Positions 28,701 through 39,320 of a stretch of DNA of 64,000 nucleotides are shown here, in pieces. The notes beneath the pieces were generated by a model. The model was given only the letters and a program-made list of their open reading frames with translations, did not search any database and had not been told where the DNA came from. The number at the start of each line of letters is the position of its first letter. Within the stretch, counting starts at the first letter, position 1. The stretch is from positions 1,364,001 through 1,428,000 of the forward strand of contig JBODTK010000012.1 of the NCBI GenBank assembly GCA_050613775.1, in the 5' to 3' direction. The position numbers and the translations under genes were made by a program. The stretch is from Neocallimastix sp. 'constans'. Its lineage: Eukaryota.

Positions 28701-30065
28701 ATTTTATAATTATTATTTAAAATTATTATTAATTGAATAATTTTATGTTGAATTATTTATATGTTTTATTATAAAATTAGATAAAATATAAAAAAAAAAT
28801 ATGTATTATCATTATCTATTTTTATTTTAATATTTATTTATTTATTTTTTTTTTAAATACTTTTTTTATTTTTTTAAAAAAAAAATAGTTAATCATTAAT
28901 GAAAAAATTAATTAAACTTTACTAGTAATATATTAATTTAAAAATATATAAATAATAATTGTATGTAAGCAATATATAACTTTATATAGTATTTATTATT
29001 TGTTAATTTAAAAAAAAAAAAAAAAAAAAATTAATTCAATTATAAAATTTATATAATTAATAAAAAAAATAATTAAAATATTAATATATAATTATTTGTA
29101 TTACTAATATATTAAATAAATAAAGAAATTAAATTATATAATTAGTATTATATTCATTGAATATTAATTAAAATAAATTAAATGAATAAAAATTTTATAT
29201 AAATAATATTATTATTTTATTATTAAAATTATAATTAAATCATTAATAACAAATTTAATATTAAAGGACAGGACAGAAAATTTCAAAAACCTATAAATAT
29301 AAAAAAAAATTTATTTTTATTTTTTTTTTTTTAAATCTTAGATAATTTTACTTTTTTTTATTTAAAAAATAAAAAAAAAAGAATTATAACCAAAAGAAAA
29401 AAAAAAAAATTCCAGAAAACACCCCAATAATTTTAAATAAAAAGTAAATATATATATTAATATTTATATTATAAAATATAAAAATTAATGAACTAGTAAT
29501 AAAAAGAAAAGGGACTAGGCATAACAACATGTAGAATAGGAAGTAGTAAAATAAAATAGAGTAAATAAAAAGGAAAAATTAAATTAAAGAAGTAAATAAA
29601 TTTTAAAAGGAAATGAATGATCAAAATTGAAAAAAAGTAAATAAAAATTAAATTGAAATAAAAAAATAATAATAATAAAAAAAAAGAGGAAATAAATAAA
29701 AAAAAAATAAAAATAAAAATAAAAATAATACTAAATAAATAAAACGAATAAACAGAAAGGTATTAGGAAAAACGAAATAAATAAAAATAAATATTTATAA
29801 TATTTAATTTAAAGAGTGTGTTGTTATAAAAAATAAAGTAATTAAAATTAAATAAATGAATTTGAGGTTAAAATATTGAAGTCAAATAATTATAAATATC
29901 TAAATAATATTTAAGGAAAAGTAAATCATACATCAAAGAGTAAGATGTATGGTAGATCAATTCATGAAATTATGTAAAGTGTAAATAAACAAAATATAAA
30001 AAGAAGCATTATGTTAACAACATGTTTGTTTTGTTAAAATATAATTGAATAGATTATAAATAAAT

Positions 30066-30446
30066 ATGTCTTGGCAAGCTTACGTTGACCAAAACCTTCT
30101 TGGTACTGGTAAAATCGCACAAGCCGCTATTCATGGTCATGATGGTAGTACATGGGCTACTTCTGCTGGTTTTGCTGTCAACGCCACTGAATTCCAAAAT
30201 TTATTTAAGGCTTTCAAGGATCCATCAGGTATTCGTACTAGCGGTTTACATATTAATGGTAAGAAGTACATTGCTCTTAGAGCTGATGACAGAAGTATCT
30301 ATGCTAAGGCTGGTAACGATGGTTGTGCCTGTGTAAAGACTAACCAAGCTGTTCTTATTGGTACTTATGTCGAACCAACTCAACCAGGAGAAGCTACTAA
30401 GATTGTTGAATCTTTAGCTGATTATCTTATTAGTGTTAACTACTAG
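30066..30446 (+). CDS. PFY1: Profilin
   Basis: MSWQAYVD N-terminus, AAIHGHDGSTWATS, and C-terminal LADYLISVNY. Intronless with strongly biased codons. Confidence 0.97.
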   Translation: MSWQAYVDQNLLGTGKIAQAAIHGHDGSTWATSAGFAVNATEFQNLFKAFKDPSGIRTSGLHINGKKYIALRADDRSIYAKAGNDGCACVKTNQAVLIGTYVEPTQPGEATKIVESLADYLISVNY

Positions 30447-30775
30447 GTTATTTAATAAACCAAGAAGGACCAAAAAAAATTAATGAAAATTAAAATTATG
30501 AAAAAAAAAAAAATAAGAAAAAAAAATAAATATCAAAAGGGAACATTAATATTTAAAATTTTCTTTAAGGATCAAGTTAAATATAATAATTAAATATAAT
30601 TATATTTATGAAATATACTTGTAAAAATAATTTATATAAAAATTATTATTAAAATTTAATCAAAAATAAAAATAAAAAAAAAAAAAAAAAAAAAAAAACA
30701 AACGAAAAAAAAAACAAATAAACAAAATACAATACAATAAAAAAAATTTTAAAAAAAATTAAAACTATTAAGAAG

Positions 30776-31102
30776 TAAGTATTCTTATTTTAAAGTGTAT
30801 TTACTTGTATGAATTTGTGTGTGTAGTTGATAATATATGTAAAGTGCAATTGGTTGTTAAATTAATATTATTATGAAAATAATGTATTAAAAATGAAAAG
30901 GTTGTTGTATAAATTATTTTTTAGAAAGTAGTTGTAATATAAATGAAAAGGTTGTTGTATAATTAATTTTTTTGAAAGTAGTTAAAATTTTTTATTTTTA
31001 ATTTCAAATGTACTTTTCACCTACATGTATTTTTTAAAATAAAATTTAATAAAGTTTTGGAAGTGTATTCTCTTCCCTGTCTAAAAAAAAAAAAAAAAAA
31101 AA
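30776..31102 (+). mobile_element. Element D: 3' UTR and poly-A of a severely 5'-truncated LINE
   Basis: Ends aataaag...tattc...gtct(A)n like elements A and C. Candidate TSD attaagaag at 30767-30775 and 31103-31111. Confidence 0.55.
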
Positions 31103-31365
31103 ATTAAGAAGATTATAATTAACTCCTTATCAGAAAAAGTGAATTCATCTTATAATATCAACTTATTCACTACTTCAAATTCAAATGCAGATTCAAGTCA
31201 AAATTCAAATTCAAGTTCAAATACAGATTCATGTTCAAGTTCATATTAAAATATAATCTAAATATATATTTTTTAAATTTATTTATATTTATTTGTTTGA
31301 TCAAATATTAGAATTTTTGTTAAAACAAACTCTAATAAATATATATATTTATTATCTTAATTATT

Positions 31366-32440
31366 TCAGTTAGGCATTCTTGATTCTCTGTAATGATAAT
31401 ATAATAGTTTATTGGAAACTTTAGATTTTTTACTACTACTGTCATTCGATAAAGAACTTTTAGTAGTTGACGTTAATCTATTTTGAGTACTCATTCTAAC
31501 CTGAATGTTATATTCATTTTTATCATTTTTAAATAAAAAGACAACTATTCTATAACCATAGATAAATAAATAATTCGAAAATGAAACAATTAAAATATTA
31601 CTTGAAAGAATTAAATTATAGTCGACATAACTATTCATTTCTAATTTATTTACAGCATAATATATAATCATTGAAAGAAAATTAATAAAAAGACCTGAAC
31701 TTAAAAATCTTATATCATAGTATGTTTCTTTGATATTCCATTCCAAGAAAACCAGAATTAAAATTGAAAGTATTATTATACCATTGAATATTAATATACT
31801 ATATATTATATTGTTTCCAAAATTTCCAATCATTTTACATTTCTGAGAATTTTCTCCTTCTTCAATAATGATGTTATAAACACTATAGGATTTAATGCCT
31901 AATAAACTTAAAATAATTAAATCAATTAAAAGAATACCAATTAAAAATAAATATTTATTATTTTTAATCCATTTGGTTATTTTATTATTATCATCAGTTA
32001 GATTTATTATTAATTTATGTATGATTGGAATTATACTTAATGTAAATCCAAAAGATAGTAATGATATTCTTAATCCGCATTTGAATTTTGTTACATTACC
32101 ATATAAAGTCAACATGGAACTCATTAATATGAAATTTCCTAACAAAAAAATAATCCAAAAATCTTTTGATAAAAATTTAAAATAGTTATTATACTTTTTT
32201 ATAAATAGAAATGCTACGGTTGCACACATAATAAATGCGATTACTAAATATATAATAAAAACTATAAAACCTGAAGATGTATCTTCTCTTGATATTGAAA
32301 ACTTATAATATTTTGTTAAATCGTCTATCTTTTTCAATACATGTGATAATGCTTCATTTCCATAAATATATTCATAAAAATATTGTCTGTATCTCTCATT
32401 ATAATAATCAATGTCATATACTCCTGTGTTAAATTGTACG
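31366..32440 (-). pseudogene. 5'-truncated class-C-like 7TM GPCR (end of the extracellular binding domain, 7 TM helices, tail)
   Basis: The frame extends upstream of the tracked start as YDIDYYNERYRQYFYEYIYGNEALSHVLKKIDDLTKYY. About seven hydrophobic segments and EWNIKETYYDIRF follow. No N-terminal part is found in the window. Confidence 0.8.
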
Positions 32441-32441
32441 A

Positions 32442-34711
32442 ATGACTCTAATCAAGAGGTTACTTATTCCGATTGTGCAAAGTGTCTGTTATTACTTTTT
32501 AATAAAATTTGGGATGGTGACTTTCCTAATGAATGGAACTCTGCTTCTATTGTTTCTATTCCTAAAAAAGGGGATCTTTCAGATTGTAATAATTATCGTG
32601 GTATTTCACTCATCAATGTAGGTTTAAAAATTCTATCAAAAATTGTCACTAAAAGAATATCGGACTATGCTTTTTCTAATGGAATAATTAGACCAGAACA
32701 GTTTGGTTTTAGAAATAAAGAAGAATGTATTAGTTTATTTGTATCCATTCGTGAAATTTGTCAAAGAAGAAAATTTAAGGATAAATTTACCTTTCTTGCC
32801 TTTCTTGACCTTAAAAAAGCTTATGATTCAGTTCCAATTTACAATATACTTACTAAACTAGATAATCTTGGTATTCGTGGTAAATGCCTTCAATTCATTA
32901 CTAATCTATACCTTACCTCGAAAGCTCGTGCAATCTTTAATGGTAAACTTTCAAAAGAATTTCCAATACACCGTGGTGTTCGCCAAGGGTGTCCTCTCTC
33001 ACCTATCTTATTCAATATATTTATCAATGATATTTTTGATAAATGTAAAAGATATGGTGTGATTACTGAAAAGAAAAAGTGTTGTGGTGGATTATTTGCT
33101 GATGATATTGTATTATTAGCTCCTACAAAATCTTCACTTAAAAACCTTTTGAATATTGCTCATGATTGGGGTATTAAAAATGAAATGACCTTTGGAATCA
33201 ATAAATGCGCTACACTAGTTGTTAAACCAAAGAATTTTATTCCTTCAAGACATTATGAAAATCCTACATTTAGACTTGGTATGAACTATATACCAAGCAC
33301 TAATCAATATACATATCTTGGTATACCTTTTAATGAATCGTTGGATTTAAAACCTATTATTGCTAAGATGAACAGTATAATTAATTATACAGTTAACTCT
33401 TTCTTTAGATTTTTAACCAATAGGAATGTTCCTTTCTACTTTAAAACTCGTATACTAGTTTCTTTTGTCCTTAGTTCAGTTCTTTATTATGCTCCCTTAC
33501 TTGGTTCAAATAAAAAGAATACTGAAAAAGCTCAAACTGCTTTTAATCGAGGTTTGTATTGGAGTTTCGGGTTTAAAAATAAAACCTCCAATACTTCAAT
33601 TTACAATATGTCTAAGGAACTTTCTATACCTCCTATAGCTAGTTTTTGTGCTAAGGCGATGATTCGATGCTTTAAAAAGTGGAAAGATTCTTCTTGTATT
33701 ATTTCTCATTTAGTCAAAAATATACCTACACTTTCTCACTATTCATGGACGAAAAAAGCACGGAGTTTAGCAGTACACAAGCACAGTAATAAACTTCCTG
33801 GAGAAATAAGGAAGTTTTACTGGGAAAATATTCATTATTCAAGCACTCCTGCGATTAGATCTACAAAATACAAGAAATTTAAATTTGGTTTTAAAAAATT
33901 TATTCATCGTCTATCACTTAAATATTCACAATTTTCTCTTGGATTTTTTTGGATTGGACGAATTAAATGTGGATTCAAATTTGATGTAAAAACGTATGTT
34001 AAAAGTAATCTAGTATCAGAAAATTGCCCAACATACTGCCCTTGTTGTGGTGAGAGTAACAGCATACCTAGTTTTACACACTGGATACTTTTATGTCCTA
34101 AATTTGAAGAATTTAGGCAACATTTCATTCCCTTTGTTGATGAAATTTTTATTAATTTTTCTCTAATTGTTCATGAGAAATCATTGAACATTCCTGATGA
34201 TAAAGAGGAAGATTTTGATGATAATATCAATTTTTACGTGCTGTGTATCCTTCTTGGCGGAAATGCAGTATTTGAAATCTTAAAGATCGGCTCGGGGGAA
34301 AGAAGGCGACTTATTAATAATATTTTTCAATCACCTTCGAACGAGTCTTCTTTCCCGATTTCATTTTTTGTGGGGCTTGCGGAATTCCTTACTAACGTTA
34401 TGCCTATTGTGATTGGTGATTTTTACACCATGATCGATTTGTATAGTGTTAGACCTACCGTTGTCAAGAGTGTCGACGTCGTAACGATAAGGCAAAGAAG
34501 AAATTCTGATACAGATTCGAATGATAATTTTCATCCACATGGGGTTATCTTCGATGAATGGGAAGAGTTAGAGGCCTTTTCGTCCTCGAAGCTCATAACG
34601 TAGTTTTTTAATATTAATATAAAAAAATTTCATGTATTTAAATTTCATGTATTTTTTAAAAAAATATTATTAAATAAAGTTTATTCCTAGTCTAAAAAAA
34701 AAAAAAAAAAA
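32442..34711 (+). mobile_element. Element A: 5'-truncated LINE (RT and C-terminal CCHC-like motif), 3' UTR and poly-A
   Basis: ORF 32411-34603 contains PKKGDLSDCNNYRGISL, FLDLKKAYD, RQGCPLSP, LFADD and CPCC...HWILLC. Poly-A at 34694-34711. Confidence 0.92.
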
Positions 34712-34712
34712 A

Positions 34713-34972
34713 TGTTCAAGTTCAAGTACAAGCTCAAGTTCAAGTTCAAGTACAAGTTCAAGTACAAGCTCAAGTTCAAGTTCAAGTACAAGTTTAAGTA
34801 CAAGTTCAAGTACAGGTTCAAGTTCAAGTCCAAGTTCAAGTTCAAGTTCAAGTCCAAGTTCAAGTACAATTTCAAGTTCAAGTTCAAGTTCAAGTACAAG
34901 TTCAAGTTCAATTTCAAATTTATGTTTAAATTCAGTTTCAAGCTCAGATTCAAATTCAAATTTCAGTTCAAT
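34713..34972 (+). repeat. (TCAAGT)n hexamer repeat encoding a poly-Ser/Thr linker of LINE B1
   Basis: tca agt/aca agt units in frame with the downstream APE domain. Confidence 0.85.
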
Positions 34973-37900
34973 CAATTATAATAATTCCAATAATATTAAT
35001 AACACTTATATTAATAATAATACAGTTAAAGAATTTTCTCTATGTGTCAGTTGGAATACTAATGGATGGAACTTTGATAAAAAAGACAGTGTTGAATTCT
35101 TTATTTCAATGTACAAACCACTTTTCTTATGCTTTCAGGAAACAGGAAATGGTTCAGGTTCTAGCAGTAAATATCCATGTCGAGTATCATTAAAAAACTA
35201 CAAACATTTCTTCAAAAAAGCTAATAATGAAATTCCCGGTAAAAGAGGTCTTTATATTGGGTTTCATAATTCTTGTCAAGCCTCTCTTGAAAACAACACT
35301 TATGAGTATATTATTTCCTTGTATACTTATAATTTTTGGAATTTCACTAAATGTTCTATTGGTAATGTGTACGTACCTCATAGTGGCCATAGCCTTCATG
35401 CTAGAGCTGCTAGAATTGAAATATTGTCTTGGTTAAATAGTCACTCTTCTCATCCTTCAATGATGGTTGGTGATTTTAATTTACCTACTGAGAAATTAAG
35501 TAATTTGCTCTCTAAATTTAGTAATTGGAAAATTCTTCCCTTATGGGGCTCCCCAATTTCATGGAGTAGAGGTAATAGAGAATCTGATATAGATCATGCG
35601 ATTGTCAATGATCATATGTTAGATTTACTTTCATATGGTACTTTTATTGACTTTCCCCCCATTTCGGATCATAAACCTTTATTAATAAAAGGTAAATGTT
35701 TTTCATCAGTTAATTCAGATAATTCTTTCTCTCTGCCTAAAAAGACAGTTAAATGGGATAGATTAAAATGTATAAATGAAAAAGAATCAATTTTTGACAA
35801 CAACTATTTTAGTGTATTAGAGGAAGTGATTCCAGATCCTAATATTAGTATTGATGATATTTCAAAGAAATTTATTTCAACTTCATTCAATATTGCTAAG
35901 GAACTTAATATCACGTCAATTTCAGAAGTTCGAAAATCTTTTTTTCATATGTCGCAGAAAATATTTAATTTGCAAAAACTCAAAATGAAATTATATAAAT
36001 CCATTAAAAGAAGAGGTTCTTATCATAATTTAGATGAATTTGAAGAATTAATTGATAAATATAATAGAATGTGCAAAATTATTCATCATATGTGTAATAT
36101 TTATAGGAAAACTGAATACCAACATTGGATTAATACAGGATGTGAATATATGAAATCTCATAACCCTAAAAAAGCTTGGAAATGGCTTAAAACAACAGCA
36201 AAAGTAGATAAATTTAAAAATATGTCAAATTCTCCAGTAAAGGACAAAAATGGTAAACTAGCTACTTCTACTAAAGAACAGTTAGAAGTATGGCACAATC
36301 ACTATAAAAAACTTGCTTCAAGCCATTCTGATATCAATAGTGCATTAATCGAATGGTATAATAAATTTTCCAATGGAACAATTAGGTATACGAGACACAA
36401 TGAATGGGATATAAATCAAGACATCAGTATAGAAGAAATTAGAGAAGCAATTTTGGCTACTCCAAATTTTAAAGCTTCAGGCCCGGATGGAATTCCTATT
36501 GAATTTTATAAAGCTTTAATTCCTCCGGATGACGAAAATTCAGTAAATAATTCTTCTTCTGGTTTAAATTGTTTACAGAAGATATACTCAAGAATTTGGA
36601 ATGGAGAATTTCCTAGCTCATGGAATGAAGCAAGTATTATATCTATTCCTAAAAAAGGAGATGATCTATCTGATTGTGACAATTATCGAGGTATCTCTCT
36701 GATTAACAATGGTATTAAACTCATTTCGAAAATAGTCTCCAAAAGAATTTCAGAATATGGACTTAAAAATAATTTTATTAGGCCAGAGCAATTTGGATTT
36801 CGTACTAAAGAAGAATGTGTTAGTTTATTTATTTCAATTCGAGAAATTTGTCAAAGGCGTAAAAATGATAATAAAGATACTTACCTAGCTTTTCTAGATT
36901 TAAAAAAGGCATATGATTCTGTTCCAATAGGTAATATTTTATATAAATTAGATGCTTTAGGTATTAGAGGTAAATGTTATCAATTTATAAAAAATCTATA
37001 TTTGACATCCAAAGCTAGTGTTAAAATTGATGATCAATATTCGGAATCTTTTAATATTATGAAAGGAGTTAGACAAGGTTGTCCACTATCACCAATTCTT
37101 TTCAATCTTTTTATTAATGACATTTTTAATGATGTTTCAGAACTTGGAATTCCTTTAGGCGAATCTAGATGTTGTGGTGGACTCTTTGCAGATGATATTG
37201 TTTTATGCGCACCGTCAAGAACTAAGTTGAAAAAAATGCTTAAGAAGGTAAATGAATGGGCTAAATTTAATATGATGAATTTTGGAATTAATAAGTGTGC
37301 AACGATGGTGATTCGACCAGACACACCTCTTTTTCAAAATAAAAGAGATCCTACTTTTTATCTTGCTGGTCAACCAATTCCAGTAACTAAATGTTATACC
37401 TATTTAGGTATACCATTTGATAAAAGCTTATCGTTGAAACCTATTATTAAATTACTTAACTCTAAAGTAACTAAAGCTCTCTTTTCTGTTAGTAAATTTC
37501 TTTCAAATTCCAAAATTCCTATTCCATTTAAGAAGATTATAATTAACTCTTATGTACTTAGTAAAGTCTCTTACTTTGCACCTTTACTTGGTTCGAATAA
37601 AACGAGAACAAATAATACTCAGAAATTAATTAATAAAGGATTAAGATGGATTGCAGGTATACAAAAAGCCAAATCATTTATTAATGTATATTCTATTTCA
37701 AAAGATTTACATATTCCTCCATTGTCAGCTAAGTGTGCTTTGTCTCAGGTCAAATGTTTTGATAAATGGAAAAATTCAAATTGTATTATTTCCTATTTAG
37801 TTAATAATATTCCAAAATCTAGAAAATATACATGGACAAAAGAAAGTAGAACTCTTAAACGTAAACTAGAGAAAAGAGGTAATAACGATAATAAAATCAA

Positions 37901-38696
37901 GGATTTTTATTGGAAAAGAGATATGAAAATCAATTCTATTAAAGCTGAGTTTTATGACAAAAACAAATTCGAAGAAACATCAAAATTTATAAAACTTTGT
38001 TATGACTATCCTGATCTTTCATATGGTTTCTATTGGCTATTGAGAGCACGAAGCGGATATAGATTAGATGCTAGAATTGCTAAAGCTGCAAAAATAGTGG
38101 ACCAAATGTGTCCTAATTTTTGTCCCTGTTGTAAAAGTAATAAACAATGGATAAGTCATTGGTTAATTGATTGTCCCTTTTTCAATCATACTCGTAGTAA
38201 AGTTAATGATAAAATTTTATTTTTATATAATGCTTTTTACCGTGGCAACCTAACAAATGATATTGTTAATAGTAATAATGATAATAGTAATAGTAATAAT
38301 AGTAATAGTTATAATAGTAATAATAATATTAGTAATAGTATTTTTAGTAATGTTAGTAATAGTATTGAAAATAATGTGTATATTGATTCTAGTGTGTGTG
38401 AAAAAGTGTTTAATTTCCTTCTTGGAGGTCGAAGTATTAATAACAGTACAAGGGAATGGAAGGATCTATTTAAGTGCCAGATGAAATCAGGTGCTTATTC
38501 TGATACTCCGTTCTTAGTGGTTACTGCGGCACTTCTCCAATCGATTATACCTATTGCTATTGGCCAGCAATGGTCTTTGTTCAATAGGTTCAAATCGAAT
38601 CGTACTACTACTACCAAGAGCGTCAATGCTGAAGAAACAGTAAGACAGGCCAGCAGGGCTAGCGCAACCAATGAAGATCATAATTTTGTATCTTAA
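34713..38696 (+). CDS. LINE ORF: Ser-rich linker, APE endonuclease, reverse transcriptase, CCHC-like finger (RTE/RTEX-like)
   Basis: Upstream of the tracked ATG the frame reads CVSWNTNGW (APE motif I). It continues through FQETG, VGDFN, IDH, ISDH, GPDGIP, RQGCPLSP, LFADD and CPCC..SHWLIDC with no stops. Confidence 0.93.
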   Translation, partial: CSSSSTSSSSSSSTSSSTSSSSSSSTSLSTSSSTGSSSSPSSSSSSSPSSSTISSSSSSSSTSSSSISNLCLNSVSSSDSNSNFSSINYNNSNNINNTYINNNTVKEFSLCVSWNTNGWNFDKKDSVEFFISMYKPLFLCFQETGNGSGSSSKYPCRVSLKNYKHFFKKANNEIPGKRGLYIGFHNSCQASLENNTYEYIISLYTYNFWNFTKCSIGNVYVPHSGHSLHARAARIEILSWLNSHSSHPSMMVGDFNLPTEKLSNLLSKFSNWKILPLWGSPISWSRGNRESDIDHAIVNDHMLDLLSYGTFIDFPPISDHKPLLIKGKCFSSVNSDNSFSLPKKTVKWDRLKCINEKESIFDNNYFSVLEEVIPDPNISIDDISKKFISTSFNIAKELNITSISEVRKSFFHMSQKIFNLQKLKMKLYKSIKRRGSYHNLDEFEELIDKYNRMCKIIHHMCNIYRKTEYQHWINTGCEYMKSHNPKKAWKWLKTTAKVDKFKNMSNSPVKDKNGKLATSTKEQLEVWHNHYKKLASSHSDINSALIEWYNKFSNGTIRYTRHNEWDINQDISIEEIREAILATPNFKASGPDGIPIEFYKALIPPDDENSVNNSSSGLNCLQKIYSRIWNGEFPSSWNEASIISIPKKGDDLSDCDNYRGISLINNGIKLISKIVSKRISEYGLKNNFIRPEQFGFRTKEECVSLFISIREICQRRKNDNKDTYLAFLDLKKAYDSVPIGNILYKLDALGIRGKCYQFIKNLYLTSKASVKIDDQYSESFNIMKGVRQGCPLSPILFNLFINDIFNDVSELGIPLGESRCCGGLFADDIVLCAPSRTKLKKMLKKVNEWAKFNMMNFGINKCATMVIRPDTPLFQNKRDPTFYLAGQPIPVTKCYTYLGIPFDKSLSLKPIIKLLNSKVTKALFSVSKFLSNSKIPIPFKKIIINSYVLSKVSYFAPLLGSNKTRTNNTQKLINKGLRWIAGIQKAKSFINVYSISKDLHIPPLSAKCALSQVKCFDKWKNSNCIISYLVNNIPKSRKYTWTKESRTLKRKLEKRGNNDNKIKDFYWKRDMKINSIKAEFYDKNKFEETSKFIKLCYDYPDLSYGFYWLLRARSGYRLDARIAKAAKIVDQMCPNFCPCCKSNKQWISHWLIDCPFFNHTRSKVNDKILFLYNAFYRGNLTNDIVNSNNDNSNSNNSNSYNSNNNISNSIFSNVSNSIENNVYIDSSVCEKVFNFLLGGRSINNSTREWKDLFKCQMKSGAYSDTPFLVVTAALLQSIIPIAIGQQWSLFNRFKSNRTTTTKSVNAEETVRQASRASATNEDHNFVS

Positions 38697-38928
38697 AATT
38701 ATGATTAACATTGCGAAGTCAAAGTTAATTATTATACTTCAGTATAATAATGCCCTTGTGAAGTCTTACAGATATTAATTAAATGAAACTAGAATATATT
38801 ATACCATTATTTTATTTTTATTTTGTGTTTTATTTTTTGTTTATTTTTTTATCTTTTTTTTTTTTATTATTTTATTACATGTATTTTATCAAATATTTAA
38901 TTAATAAAGATGAAACAAGTTTGCTGCC

Positions 38929-38979
<51 letters not shown>

Positions 38980-39145
38980 TAACTCCTATGTACTTAGTAA
39001 AGTCTCTTACTTTGCACCTTTACTTGGTTCAAGTAAAGTGAGAACAAATAATACTCAGAAATTAATCTATAAAGGATTAAGATGGGTTGCAGGTTTCCAA
39101 AAAGCCAAATCTTTTATTAATGTATATTCTATTTCAAAAGATTTA

Positions 39146-39278
39146 TTTTTTGTTTATTTTTTTTATCTTTTTTTTTTTTTTTTTTTTTTTTTTTTATTAT
39201 TTTATTACATGTATTTTATCAAATATTTAATTAATAAAGATGAAACAAGTTTGCTGCCATTAAAAAAAAAAAAAAAAG
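39146..39278 (+). mobile_element. Very short family-B 3'-end insertion with poly-A
   Basis: Copy of the B1 3' UTR (ttaataaagatgaaacaagtttgctgcc). TSD tc(a/g)aaagattta at 39134-39145 and 39279-39290. Confidence 0.8.
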
Positions 39279-39320
39279 TCGAAAGATTTAAATATTCCTC
39301 CATTGTCAGCTAAGTGTGCT

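Larger units (their letters stand above)
31128..38973 (+). mobile_element. Element B1: 5'-truncated APE-RT LINE interrupted by the 31244-34711 insertion
   Basis: 14-bp TSD tataattaactcct at 31114-31127 and 38974-38987, with a poly-A tail at ~38933-38973. The Ser-rich frame at 31128-31243 resumes at 34725. Confidence 0.85.

Noticed and set aside
34670..34981. FKFKYK / LELELE / LNLNL ORFs
   Set aside because: Off-frame readings of the hexamer repeat; the Ser frame is the one continuous with the APE domain.
38783..39313. 176-aa ORF with poly-Lys
   Set aside because: Read-through of LINE 3' UTR, poly-A and host-copy fragments.
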